Assembly: GCA_963785725.1 (NCBI GenBank)
Contig: CAWAWS010000002.1
Coordinates: forward strand, 1-64,000
Direction: 5' to 3'
DNA length: 64,000 nucleotides
Source of the DNA: an uncultured delta proteobacterium
GTDB taxonomy: Bacteria > Myxococcota_A > Polyangia > Palsa-1104
The notes under the pieces: generated by a model
What the model was told of the DNA's origin: nothing
The model's database searches: none
The model's input: the letters and a program-made list of their open reading frames with translations, nothing else
Position numbers and translations under genes: made by a program
Shown here: positions 1-13,358 of the stretch, piece by piece
Position numbering within the stretch: the stretch's first letter is position 1
Layout: each line of letters opens with the position of its first letter

Positions 1-107
1 CCTGGGGCGATATGCGCACTGTCGATGCCTTCGTTCGCCAGCCACTTCAGGACCGCCGATGAGACGAGCTCGGGTCCGTTGTCCGACCACAGATGCCGAG
101 GCGCGCA
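1..107 (-). mobile_element. IS3-family transposase integrase-core fragment (runs off window edge)
   Basis: Minus strand reads APRHLWSDNGPELVSSAVLKWLANEGIDSAHIAPG, matching the SDNGPEF...I.PG.P segment of IS3-type DDE domains. Confidence 0.75.
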
Positions 108-108
108 A

Positions 109-480
109 CTAGCCTCTACGCCTAGCGTCTCGTGCGCCCCACGGAAGGTGTCGTGCATTGCCGCTGCGCGTGTACTTGTCGTCGTAGTTGAGCTGACCGA
201 TGACGTCAGTCGCAGCGATCGTGGCCAGCGTGGCGAAGCCGAGGACCTGGTGCACGACGAGCAGCTTGCGCCGGAGCCGCACCGACTTCTCGAGGCGCGC
301 GAGGTGGTCGGCCGCGCGCGCCTCGTCGAGCGGTGATTTCCTCTTCTCGTCGCCGAAGAGATTGAAGTCGAGATCGCTCTTCGGCGTGACGGACGCCGGC
401 TCCGCTTGCGACTGAGCCCGAGCGGGTCCGGCGACGACCCACGTCACAGCGAGACCAACGATAAGAGGCGAATCATGTAT
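109..480 (-). pseudogene. Secreted/membrane protein, C-terminally truncated
   Basis: Signal-like LIVGLAVTWVVAGPARA and a hydrophobic segment VHQVLGFATLATIAATDVIG; the sequence then degenerates into the IS3 fragment. Start uncertain. Confidence 0.45.
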
Positions 481-502
481 CGATCGCGAAAGACCTGAAG
501 AT

Positions 503-1063
503 CTAATGGACCGGCGTATAGACTTCGTCGCGGCCACCGACCGACGGCGTGTGTGCGGCGTCGCTACCGGCGGCGCTGTGGCAGGCGACGCAGATCGTCA
601 TTGGCGTTCCGCTGCCACCGGTGCCATCGGCGACGACGCCGTTGCCGTCGTGCGGGACGGCGCTGTCCTGCGGCACGCGCTCGTACCAATACCAGTGGGC
701 GCCGTTGGCCGAGTCCGCCGCCTGCTTCAGGTAGACCGCGTAGCCGACCGGAGCCGAATCGGTGACGCTGGCGTAGAGCTCTTTGACGGCGGCGGCGCCT
801 TCGGGCCAGTTCCCGGTTCCGGTGGCGTTGTGGGCGATGAGGTCATTGGAGAAGATGCGATTGAAGCCGTGCGGTGAGGGCGACCGCGACTCATGAACGG
901 CGCTCTCCGACGCCCAGGTCTTGTAGCTCCCCGCGGACAACCAGGCTTCGATTGCCGAGTGCCCAGTGGGAGGCGTTTGGCTGACGCCATTGTTGTTGCT
1001 GCTGCCGCCGCAGCCCGCGAGCGAAACCGCGAGCATCAGCGCTCCGAGATAACGAGTCTTCAT
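503..1063 (-). CDS. Monoheme c-type cytochrome lipoprotein, cytochrome P460/c'-beta-like
   Basis: Lipobox SLAGC, YKTW, WPEGAAAVKE, WYWY and a C-terminal CVACH heme motif. ATG 1063 follows a GGAG RBS. Confidence 0.75.
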   Translation of the reverse strand: MKTRYLGALMLAVSLAGCGGSSNNNGVSQTPPTGHSAIEAWLSAGSYKTWASESAVHESRSPSPHGFNRIFSNDLIAHNATGTGNWPEGAAAVKELYASVTDSAPVGYAVYLKQAADSANGAHWYWYERVPQDSAVPHDGNGVVADGTGGSGTPMTICVACHSAAGSDAAHTPSVGGRDEVYTPVH

Positions 1064-1393
1064 AGGCTCTCCTTGATCGATACGCGACATGCGTTCGAAC
1101 CACGCGTCACCACCGACGCGATTCCGCCTACGCCGACCAAAGGTCTCGGTTACGCGCAGCTGCGACTCGAGACGGAAAAATGCTCCACCGCGAGATCCAC
1201 TAGCGCCCTCACGCCGGCGGGAGGCGCCGTGGAGAGAACGACTGAATTCACGGTGTTGGTCATCTGCCGGTCTGATGCGTCACTGGTTGTTGAACTTCAC
1301 AGCGTCCAGAGCCGCGAGGATCTGCGCCGTCACGCCGCGAATTTCATATCGATACCCGGCGCCCGCTCCGGCGTAGGCATCTCGGAGATCGGG

Positions 1394-1745
1394 ATGACGA
1401 CGAACGCCGAGGCGCCACGGCTCAAGGATCGAATCGACGAATTCCTCGCGGAGATCGCGGCGCACACACCGCCCGAGGTCGCTCGCACCTTGGCGGCGGA
1501 GCTCGACAAGCTCGCCAAGTCCGGTATCGTCGAGCAAAGCCTCCGCGTCGGCGCGCGCCCCCGACTTCACGCTTCCCGACGCGCACCAACAGCCGGTGCA
1601 GCTCGACAAGCTCCTCGCGCGCCGATCGGTCGTGCTCACCTTTTATCGCGGTGGCTGGTGCCCGTTCTGCAGCTTGCAGCTGCGCGCCTATCAGGAGATT
1701 GTGCCGACCTTGCGCGAGCTCGGCGCGGAGCTGGTGGCAACCGGT
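1394..1745 (+). pseudogene. AhpC/TSA peroxiredoxin-like protein, frameshifted and truncated
   Basis: MTTNAEAP...SLRVGAR, frameshift near 1557, then PDFTLPDAHQQPVQL...VVLTFYRGGWCPFCSLQLRAYQ...GAELVA. C-terminal half is missing. Confidence 0.8.
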
Positions 1746-1809
1746 TGAACGCGCAGCCCGGCTTTCTTCTTCTGCCTGAGCGATAGCCTGCAGACCGCTG
1801 ACGGTGCCC

Positions 1810-2001
1810 ACGACCCGTCTTCCTGCTGATGCCGAACTCGCGGCACGGGACGTCCTGCGCCAGCGCCTTCAGAACAAACTCTTTTCTCGGCTTCACGACT
1901 GACCTCTCGGCCCACGGCATCCCTTCGAGGGGAGCCGGCTGGGCGCCGAGGTGTCACCGAGGTCTTGGCGCGATTTCGTCACCTACGTCATGGCACCACA
2001 C
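1810..2001 (-). mobile_element. IS481-family remnant (element end plus transposase N-terminus)
   Basis: MPWAERSVVKPRKEFVLKALAQ..CREFGISRKTG matches IS481 N-termini (MPW...R.EFV...CR.FGISRKTG). Repeated GTCACC motifs and a TGT-starting end lie upstream. Confidence 0.7.
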
Positions 2002-2002
2002 C

Positions 2003-2058
2003 GAACAAGTCGTGCGGGTAGGCCTCGGGGTCGAGGCGGTGCAGGCGCGCCGATGCGC
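2003..2058 (-). mobile_element. IS66-family transposase C-terminal fragment
   Basis: Minus strand reads ASARLHRLDPEAYPHDLF, resembling the IS66 C-terminal SxKLHGLDPEAYLRD motif. Confidence 0.55.
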
Positions 2059-2416
2059 TCGTGGCGCAGGCGGCGTTGACGTTCGCGCCGGGCAGCTGAC
2101 GTCGGCGGGCGCCGTTCCGTTCGCGCGTTAGCGGCTCATTGGCACGCGAAGCCGCTGGCATCGAGCACCGGCGACGCGATGTTGTAGGCCTTGCAGCTCG
2201 TTCCCGTCGGGCAGCCGGTGAAACCGGGAAGACGATGCCGATCGTCGCATCGTATTCCTCATAGCAGAGGCCCTGGGTTGCGCCGGCCGCGACGAGACAA
2301 TCACGATGCTCGACTCCTCGTCCCCGATCGACAGCGTTAGCGCATCAGCATCACGATCTGCTTCGATCGTATTTCCGCACAAGATGACGGCCATCGGTCG
2401 GCCTCCGCGATTCCTT

Positions 2417-5752
<3,336 letters not shown>

Positions 5753-5769
5753 GGGTGGCGCCGCCCAGC

Positions 5770-6681
5770 TCAGACGGATAGCGCGAACTGACTAATGCTG
5801 AGGTCGAGCTCGCTGCGGATGAGGTGCGCGATGCTCTGCAGCTCAGCCCTCGGCAGGCGCAGGCGCTCACCGACGATGTGCAGCGTCAAATCCATCATTC
5901 GTTGGCGCGCGGCGCTGATCCAGCGCGTGGCCGTCGCGCGGTGCACCTGGAAGACGACGCCAACCTCTTCAGCGGAGCTACCGTCGGCGAAGTGCAGGCG
6001 TAAGATGCTGCGCTCGCGCACGGTGAGCGCGGCCCAGGCTTGGCGCAGCGCCGCTTTGTACTCATCGGCATAGCGCTTGCGCAGCAGCTGGACTTCGGGG
6101 GAGACGCGCTCGCCGAGATCGGGAACACGATCGGCGTCGAGCTGAACGCCGCTGACGCGTTGCAGGTCGAGCGCAGTGCGGGTCGCGGCCATGCGGACCC
6201 AGGCGCCGAGCGGGCCTTGACCGGCATAGCGCGCGATGCGCGGCAACGAGCCGCCGTCACCGACGAGCAGACGTGTGCGCAAACGCTGGCGTACCTCGGC
6301 GGCGAACTCGGACGCTGGATTGATGCGTGCCACGAACGCGTCCACTCGCGCCAAGAAATGCGACTCGAAAGCTCTGAGCGCACGGGGCTGCCCAGCTGCA
6401 CAGGCGCAGGCCAGATACAGGTCAGCGCCATGAGCCAGTCGATCCTCGGCGTTCCTGCCGTCGTGGTCCTGCAGGCGAGCCAGCGACTGGGCGAGCGCTT
6501 CGGCGGAGACGTCGACCTCGGACCATTCGGCTCGGCCCTTCTCGAGAAAGGCTTGGACGACGTGCTGCTCGAATACCACGCCCTCAAGATCGCATCGGGC
6601 CCCGGGGATGCCAATCAAATTTCTCGTCTTCGCCCGGATGGATGTCTGGCAAGTGCAGCTGGTCAGCGACACACCGCACAT
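5770..6681 (-). CDS. Myxobacterial-type ECF-like sigma-70 factor
   Basis: DLYLACACAAG, YAGQGPLGAWVR, sigma4-like LTVRERSILRLHF...VHRATATRW, and ELDLSIS terminus. True start is probably a GTG near 6579. Confidence 0.85.
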   Translation of the reverse strand: MCGVSLTSCTCQTSIRAKTRNLIGIPGARCDLEGVVFEQHVVQAFLEKGRAEWSEVDVSAEALAQSLARLQDHDGRNAEDRLAHGADLYLACACAAGQPRALRAFESHFLARVDAFVARINPASEFAAEVRQRLRTRLLVGDGGSLPRIARYAGQGPLGAWVRMAATRTALDLQRVSGVQLDADRVPDLGERVSPEVQLLRKRYADEYKAALRQAWAALTVRERSILRLHFADGSSAEEVGVVFQVHRATATRWISAARQRMMDLTLHIVGERLRLPRAELQSIAHLIRSELDLSISQFALSV

Positions 6682-7045
6682 CCTGGGCCACGAATCGCTA
6701 CTTCATCAGCTTCGGCACGCTAGCTCGAACACGCGGGGTCGTTGTTCGCCTCGCCTGCGCGCTTGTTCGCGCATGCCCGACGAGCTGCGGCCCAGCTCGC
6801 CAAGTCAGCTGTTTGAAGAAAGATGCGACAAAAAAGCGGGGTGACTGTCATGGGGTGATCGCAAACCACGACGGCGGGCTCCAATGATGTCTGCGGCACA
6901 GTTCCCGACTCGGTTGCTCATCTTCTGCATCTCGCTGGCAGTGCGGGCCGAGGCCGCCCCTGACGCTCGCGAAAGATCATGTCGAGCGCGCTGTCGGATT
7001 CGGTGCTGGACCTCATAGACGCGTCACGAACACGCGCGCGCCTCT

Positions 7046-7657
7046 GTGCATCGTCAACCGACGAACGGGAGACTCATGTGCAATCGAAAGAATAATGCTG
7101 CGGTCCAGATCCCGGTCGCGCCGACGCTCCGCAAAACGCCGAGCCGCCGCTGCCGCCCGGCGCTCGACGAGCGCGAGCTCATGCAGGTCCACCGTCGCTA
7201 TCGGCACCTCATCATGCGTCGCTGTCGGAGGATCCTTCGTGATAAGCACGCCGCCGAGGATGCCACGCAGACCGTGTTCCTGAAGCTGTGGCTCTACGGC
7301 GACTCGTTTCGCCTCGCCGAGTCACCGCTCTACTGGCTCTATCGCGTCGCCGACCACTGCTGCTTCGACGAGCTCAAGCGACGGAGCCCGCACTACGGCG
7401 ACGATGTCCTCGACTCGAAAGCGCCGGCACAGCATCTGGCCGACACCGTCGAGGATCGCGATCTGGTGCGCCAGTTCCTGGGCCGCTTCGACGTTCGCGT
7501 TCAGCGGATCGCAGTGCTGCGCCACTGCGAGGAGATGAGCCAGGAAGAGATCGCCGCTGAGACCCGCTGGTCGCGCCAGACGGTCTTCAAGAAGCTGGTG
7601 CTGGTGCGCAAGCGAGCCCGCGCTTTGCGTGCCAGCCTGTGCGGCGACGGCGCTTGA
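7046..7657 (+). CDS. ECF sigma factor
   Basis: AAEDATQTVFLKLW, WLYRVA..CCFD, MSQEEIA...SRQTV. Start may be downstream (7076 or 7181). Confidence 0.88.
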   Translation: MHRQPTNGRLMCNRKNNAAVQIPVAPTLRKTPSRRCRPALDERELMQVHRRYRHLIMRRCRRILRDKHAAEDATQTVFLKLWLYGDSFRLAESPLYWLYRVADHCCFDELKRRSPHYGDDVLDSKAPAQHLADTVEDRDLVRQFLGRFDVRVQRIAVLRHCEEMSQEEIAAETRWSRQTVFKKLVLVRKRARALRASLCGDGA

Positions 7658-7852
7658 GCGTAGGACCCATTCTGCGGATCGGCGACCGGCCCCACCAAAC
7701 AATCGGTGCAGTTCACGGGTCGACAATCAATCGAAGCATACTTGCCGCTTTGCCGTCCGCGGCTGGCTTACACCCGCCCGCGAAGTGGCGTCGCCGGCCA
7801 CGACCGAGGCTCGCTGCCGAGTCGTAGGCCTCGGGTCTTCGACGCTAGCGGA

Positions 7853-9001
7853 TCAGATCTCGGCGGCTCGACCGGCGCGGCCGCGCAGCGCGAACTGCTG
7901 CGCCTTCTCCTGAAGCAGCGGACCGAAGTGCCGGCGATAGGTGTTGTATGCAGGTGTGGGGGCCTGCGGATTCTCGGTGTCGTAGGCGGCGTCGATGGTC
8001 CCGACGATGTCGAACAGGCCGCTCTCGACGAACAGCTCGCGCAGACCCGTCGGCGATTGTGTGCGCGACGGCCCGAGCTTGCTCAGCGGCGGGTGATTGA
8101 AATAGCGCACCAGCTTCACGTACGCGAGTTGGTAGCACATGATCACCCACGATGAGCAGACCGCTCCGATGTTGAGCCCCGCCTTCAAGTCTCCCGTGCG
8201 CGGGTCGAAGTAGCGATGAAACTGCCCAAAGAGGCTGAACTCGGGATACTGGACATGAAAGCGCTCGGGCAGCATGCGCGAGGCGCGGGCGATGCCATAG
8301 CCCAACGCGCTCATGTCCGACGTCGATTGCTGCTTGTAGTGCGCGTCGCTGGTCCACCAACTCACCAGCGCACCCGCGCCCATCGCCGCGATCGTGGCCG
8401 GGGCCAGCCAGGACATGCCGTAGGCACACAAGCCGGTGAAGCCACCGGCCCACAGCGCCGCGCCGACGTCCACCACCGCCTTGGACGTCGAATATTTGCT
8501 GTACACGCTCGCGGCGGACGACAGGCCCAGCTTGGCGTAGTCGCTCCAGTCGTAATAGGTGCTGTTGGCGCCGAGGAAGATCTCGGCGGCGATCTGCGAG
8601 GCGCATTGAGCGAGCTTGCGATCGCGGCAGCGCAGCACCACCAACTCCTCGGCGTGCGCGCGGCCGCCGGCGCCGGGCTTGCTGCTATAGAGCTTGCTGC
8701 CGACGAGGCCACCGTGCGCGCCGGGCTCGTAGTGCAGCACATGCGCGGAGTCGAATGCGTCGTTGCTCGGCTTGGCCAGTGGGACCGTCGAGAGCGACGA
8801 CGTGATCCGCTCCGGACGCAGGTCGGTAAACAGCATCACATGGCTCTCGGCCGCGGTGGGCAGGCGAAAGTTGGTCAACTGCTGCGCGATCTCGCCGCCG
8901 CGGATCAACGGGTCGATGGGCTTGTCTTTGTCCCCCAGGTCGATGGCGACGAGCAGCGCATCGCCGTCCATCAATCCCCGGCAGATTGGATACGGTGGCA
9001 T
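7853..9001 (-). CDS. Putative permuted papain-like (YiiX/YaeF-type NlpC/P60) enzyme
   Basis: Motif order GDALL...SHV(His)...CSSWV..CY(Cys)...SP..L is that of circularly permuted NlpC/P60 proteins. Confidence 0.55.
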   Translation of the reverse strand: MPPYPICRGLMDGDALLVAIDLGDKDKPIDPLIRGGEIAQQLTNFRLPTAAESHVMLFTDLRPERITSSLSTVPLAKPSNDAFDSAHVLHYEPGAHGGLVGSKLYSSKPGAGGRAHAEELVVLRCRDRKLAQCASQIAAEIFLGANSTYYDWSDYAKLGLSSAASVYSKYSTSKAVVDVGAALWAGGFTGLCAYGMSWLAPATIAAMGAGALVSWWTSDAHYKQQSTSDMSALGYGIARASRMLPERFHVQYPEFSLFGQFHRYFDPRTGDLKAGLNIGAVCSSWVIMCYQLAYVKLVRYFNHPPLSKLGPSRTQSPTGLRELFVESGLFDIVGTIDAAYDTENPQAPTPAYNTYRRHFGPLLQEKAQQFALRGRAGRAAEI

Positions 9002-9261
9002 TGCAACCTCCCGATTGTGGTTTCAGCCGTGACGACCTTCGGTAGGCCTTGCCCCGTTAACTCTTTTTCGGCTCATGTTGCGAGTCTCGGGACCCGCAGC
9101 GTTTACATTTCCCCGAAGCGTCCCGTCGGGAAGATCGAGTGACGAGCTCCGTGCCGGGCACGAATACGAGGGGTGTTTGACAAAGCCGTCGTAGCTCCCA
9201 CTTCGGATCGCTGCTCATTTAAACCTCCATTCCGATTTCCTGACGCGTAAGCCCGAATGAG

Positions 9262-12200
9262 CTACGGAGTCGTGACCGTCACGCTGACGTTGCTGCCGGC
9301 GCTCATGTCGGACGAATCGGGTGAAAGCGCGAAGGTGCAGCTGCAGCTGGTGGTGCCGCCGTCGCTCGGGTCGCCGACCGAACACGAGTCGCAGCGGGGC
9401 ACGGACCACATGATGTTGCCGCTCGTCGCGGTGGAGGTCGCGGTCAGCGTCACCGTTGCCCCGACGGGGAGGGCTTCGATGCAGGTCTGGCCCTGCGCGC
9501 AAACGATGTCCCCTGTCGAGAACCCGGAGGTGCTCGAGCTGACCGTGTCGTTGCCATTGACGGTGACCCTGAGCAGCTGCGCGCCCACGCAAATCCGCTG
9601 AGTCGTGTCGCAGATGCCGGTCGTCGTGGTGGTACTCACGTTCGAGTCGATCGTCGGCGGTTGGCAATCGCTGTTTTGTGTGCAGCCCTGGCCCGGTGCG
9701 CACGCCACGCAGTGGCTCCCGTTGCTGGCGCCGCCGCAGTCGACGCCGGACTCGTTGCCGTTCTTCACGCCGTCGCTGCACGAGGGGGCGACGCACCTGC
9801 CGCCGGTGCAGACGTTGCTCACGCAATAAGCAGGCACGTTGCAGACCGCGTTGTTGCCGCAGGGCGCGCTGCAGACGGCGTTGTTGCCGCAGGGCGCGCA
9901 GCTGCCGCCGCAGTCGACGTCGGTCTCGTTGCCGTCTTTGACGCCGTCAGCGCACGTCGTGGCAGCGCATATCGTGAGTCCGCCGGCGAGCGTGACGCAG
10001 AGCCGGCTCGTGCAATCGCCGCTCACTGCGCAGACGAGGCCGTTGGCGCAGGGGCGGCAGGCGGCGTTGCCCTCGAACGGTCCTCCGCCGCAGTCGACGT
10101 CGGTCTCGTTGCCGTTCTTCACGCCGTCGGCGCACGTGGTGGCGCAAACTTTGTTCGCCCCGCAGGAGCGACTCTGACAATCGCTGTTCCCGTTGCAGCC
10201 GCCGCCATCGGCGCAGGGCGCGCAGCTCCCGCCGCAGTCCGTGCCGGTCTCATCGAAATCTTTCACGCCGTCGAAGCACGAGGTGGCTTCGCAGGTCAGG
10301 CGGCCACCGATCGAAACGCAGATGCTGCTCTGGCAGTCGCTGCTCTGACTGCAAACGAAACCGTTGCGGCAGCTCGGGCACGGGCCGACGTTGGTGCCGT
10401 TGCTGGTGTAAACGCCGCCGCCGCAGTCGATGTCGGTCTCGTTACCGTTCTTGACGTTGTCGCTGCACGAGGTGGCGCAGAGCTTGTTCGCCGCGCAGGA
10501 GTGGCTCTGGCAATCGCTGTTGACGTTGCAGCCGATGCCGTCGTTGCACGGTGTGCAGCTTCCGCCGCAGTCAACACCGGTTTCGCCGCTGTTTTGTACC
10601 TTGTCGTCGCACGTCCCGGCGACGCATCTGCCACCGCTGCAGACCTTGCTCGCGCAATCCGTGCTGGGCGTGGGCACGCTGCAGGCGAGGCCGCTGCCGC
10701 AGGGTGGACAGGCAGCGTTGCCCTTGAACGGTCCGCCGCCGCAGTCGACGTCGGTCTCGTTGCCGTTCTTCACGCCGTCGGCGCATGAGGCCGGGGCGCA
10801 TTTCCCGTTGCCGCTCGGCTTGGTGAGCGTCGAGTTGCACACCCCGCTGGCACAATCGCTGCCAATGATGCAGCCGCTGCCGTCGGCGCAGCTCTTCCCC
10901 GACAGCGAGCAGTTGCCGCCGCAGTCGGAGTCGGTCTCGAACCCATTTTTGACGCCGTCCGTGCAGCTCGGCGCCGCGCAGACGCTCGCAGTGCAGATCG
11001 AGCTCGCGCAGTCAGCCCCCTGGTTGCAGCCGACGCCCCCGGCGCAGTCGCCGGCAGCGCCGCCGCTCATTCCAGTGGCGATGAAGGCGGTCGACGGCGC
11101 GGTCGTGGCCATCTGCACATTGCCGACGGCGCCCGCTATCGCGTTGGTGAGCGTGAAGACGTTGTTGGTGTTGCACGACGAGCAGTCGACCGTGATGCTC
11201 AATCCCGAGCCGTTGATGGCCTTGCAGATGTTGCACGTCATCGCCGTCGCGGTCGCTGCGATGCTGATGGGCACGTTGCCGCTCGTGACCGTGCTGTTGC
11301 TGAACTCGAAGATGAGCGCGTGCCAGCCGTCGGAGAGCGTGAAGGTCTCGTGATCGGTGTATGCGCTGCCCGCGGCCACCGAGGTGATGGTGCCGGTGGC
11401 CGCAGTGAGCGTCGCCGTGGTCGCGTTCTGGCAGCCATTGGCGTTGTTGCATGTGCCGCACGCGAGCGTGTTGTGATCGTCGCAGACCTCGCCGGCGGGG
11501 TTGCCGTCGCCGCAGATGTCTCGGCACACCGACGGGCCGCCGGCTGCGGGCTGCGTGCACGAATATCCGGAGGCGACGCCCGTGCAATTCTTATTGCAGC
11601 CGGGCAAAAGGTTGCCAGTCGCATCCCTGCCGGCGTCGCAGGTCTCACCGGCGGCGGCATTGACATAGCCGTCGCCGCAGACGGACGCGTGGCACTGCAC
11701 GGCCGACGGCGCGTTTGGACCATTGCACCGCGAGGTGTCCTTGTTGGCATTCCAAGCGGTCTGGTCCGGCTCGCAAGTCTCACCGGCGGCCGCGTTGACG
11801 TAGCTGTCGCCGCAGTAGCTGATCTTGCAGCTCAACGCGCCGGCGAGGCTGCCGTTACAGAAGATGGTATTCCCGCACTTCGTCAGGTCGGAGCTTCCGT
11901 TGGTGCAAAGGTGAGCATCTATGCCGTCAGCGCAGCTCGAGCTCTGCGTGCAGCTGTCTGTGGCGCAATAATCCTGACCGCAATTGAGCGTGGTCGAGCA
12001 GCTCACCGTGCAGCTCGGCACCGGAGCGCCGCCGGGGCCGCCGTCGCACTCCTCGCCGGCGGCCATGTTGACATAGCCGTCGCCGCACCTCGACAGTTGG
12101 CACTGCACGGCCGCCAGCGCGTTCGGGCCGTTGCACGTGACGCTGTCTCTGCCGTCGTCGCACTGCTCGTTGGCTGCGGGGTTGACCCAGCCGTCGCCGC

Positions 12201-13350
12201 ACACGGGCCTCTTGCAGTTGCGGTTGCACTGTGCGGTCTGGGACGGGCAGGTCGCCTCATTGCACGTCTGGCTCAGCTGGTCGTCCCTACCGGGATCGCA
12301 GTCCTCGCCCGGGTCGACGGCGCCGTCCCCGCACTTGCCGTACGACATGCAGTCTGCCGAGCAGCCCGAGCCGGCCACGCCGTTCAGCGCGCCCAAGTCG
12401 CAGATCTCGCCCTTGCATTTGTCGACAATGCCGTTGCCGCACGTCAGATCCGACGTGCAGTCATGGGAGCAATGCTGCGTCGGGCACGAGAGCTCAGAAG
12501 GCGCATTGTCGGCGCCGTCGTCGCATTTTTCGTTACTGGCGCCGTTGACGTAGTGGTCGCCGCAGGCCGCGATGTGGCACTGCACGCCCTGGCTGATCGC
12601 GGCCTGCGTGTTCCCGTTGCAGTCGGTGGTGTCCGGGCCGCCCGTGTCGCACTTCTCGCCCGCGGCCTGGTTGAGGTAGCCGTCGCCGCACTGCGCCGGC
12701 TGGCACTGCGCGGTCACATGTTGCGCCAAATCGCTGTCGCCGTTGCAGTCGGCGGTGTCCTGACCACTGTTCGCGTCGCACTTCTCGCCGGCGACCGCGT
12801 TGACGTAGTTGTCGCCGCACTTGGACGGCTGGCACTCGGCGCTCACGGTTCGCGCGTCGGTGCTGTTGCCGTTGCAGTCGCTGGTGTCCTGGCCACTGTT
12901 CGCGTCGCACTCCTCACCGGCGGCCGCGTTGACGTAGTTGTCGCCGCACCTGGACGGCTGGCACTCGGCACCAACGACTTGCCCGAGCGGGCCGTTGCAC
13001 GTCGCGCTGTCTGCGCCGTCGTCGCACGCTTCGCCCTTGCAGGTGTCGACGATCTTATTGCCGCACTCCAGCTTCTGGCACGTGGTCGAGCAGGTCTGCG
13101 TCGGGCACGAGCCGGCGGGGCCGTCGCTGGCCACGTTGCCGGTGACGGGGTTGGTGCCGTTGTCGCAAGCCTCGTCGGGATCGACGACCTCGTCGCCACA
13201 CAAGGCGGCGATGCAGACCGCCGATCCCACTGCGCAGTGCATACCTGCTGGGCACACGACGCCGGTTGGACAATTGACGGTCGTCGGGGACGTACATGAC
13301 GCCACCAGCGGGACGAACAGCGCGACGAGGCCGATTCGACTGTAACTCAT
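9262..13350 (-). CDS. Large Cys-rich repeat lipoprotein (myxobacterial cysteine-rich repeats)
   Basis: Lipobox LVASC; about 13 CG(D/N)..VN...GE.CD repeats, then 8 DG.KNG.ETD.DCGG-type repeats. Confidence 0.9.
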   Translation of the reverse strand: MSYSRIGLVALFVPLVASCTSPTTVNCPTGVVCPAGMHCAVGSAVCIAALCGDEVVDPDEACDNGTNPVTGNVASDGPAGSCPTQTCSTTCQKLECGNKIVDTCKGEACDDGADSATCNGPLGQVVGAECQPSRCGDNYVNAAAGEECDANSGQDTSDCNGNSTDARTVSAECQPSKCGDNYVNAVAGEKCDANSGQDTADCNGDSDLAQHVTAQCQPAQCGDGYLNQAAGEKCDTGGPDTTDCNGNTQAAISQGVQCHIAACGDHYVNGASNEKCDDGADNAPSELSCPTQHCSHDCTSDLTCGNGIVDKCKGEICDLGALNGVAGSGCSADCMSYGKCGDGAVDPGEDCDPGRDDQLSQTCNEATCPSQTAQCNRNCKRPVCGDGWVNPAANEQCDDGRDSVTCNGPNALAAVQCQLSRCGDGYVNMAAGEECDGGPGGAPVPSCTVSCSTTLNCGQDYCATDSCTQSSSCADGIDAHLCTNGSSDLTKCGNTIFCNGSLAGALSCKISYCGDSYVNAAAGETCEPDQTAWNANKDTSRCNGPNAPSAVQCHASVCGDGYVNAAAGETCDAGRDATGNLLPGCNKNCTGVASGYSCTQPAAGGPSVCRDICGDGNPAGEVCDDHNTLACGTCNNANGCQNATTATLTAATGTITSVAAGSAYTDHETFTLSDGWHALIFEFSNSTVTSGNVPISIAATATAMTCNICKAINGSGLSITVDCSSCNTNNVFTLTNAIAGAVGNVQMATTAPSTAFIATGMSGGAAGDCAGGVGCNQGADCASSICTASVCAAPSCTDGVKNGFETDSDCGGNCSLSGKSCADGSGCIIGSDCASGVCNSTLTKPSGNGKCAPASCADGVKNGNETDVDCGGGPFKGNAACPPCGSGLACSVPTPSTDCASKVCSGGRCVAGTCDDKVQNSGETGVDCGGSCTPCNDGIGCNVNSDCQSHSCAANKLCATSCSDNVKNGNETDIDCGGGVYTSNGTNVGPCPSCRNGFVCSQSSDCQSSICVSIGGRLTCEATSCFDGVKDFDETGTDCGGSCAPCADGGGCNGNSDCQSRSCGANKVCATTCADGVKNGNETDVDCGGGPFEGNAACRPCANGLVCAVSGDCTSRLCVTLAGGLTICAATTCADGVKDGNETDVDCGGSCAPCGNNAVCSAPCGNNAVCNVPAYCVSNVCTGGRCVAPSCSDGVKNGNESGVDCGGASNGSHCVACAPGQGCTQNSDCQPPTIDSNVSTTTTTGICDTTQRICVGAQLLRVTVNGNDTVSSSTSGFSTGDIVCAQGQTCIEALPVGATVTLTATSTATSGNIMWSVPRCDSCSVGDPSDGGTTSCSCTFALSPDSSDMSAGSNVSVTVTTP
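9841..9900. repeat. 30-bp tandem duplication within the Cys-rich gene
   Basis: gcagaccgcgttgttgccgcagggcgcgct / gcagacggcgttgttgccgcagggcgcgca, giving APCGNNAVC twice. Confidence 0.8.
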
Positions 13351-13358
13351 TCCACCCT

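Noticed and set aside
2128..2394. Short minus-strand ORF, possibly an immunity-like gene remnant
   Set aside because: No motif could be supported from the sequence alone.
9600..13200. Regularly recurring DNA repeats that could suggest a CRISPR array
   Set aside because: They are degenerate, in-frame codings of Cys-rich protein repeats; no constant repeat-spacer structure and no cas genes.
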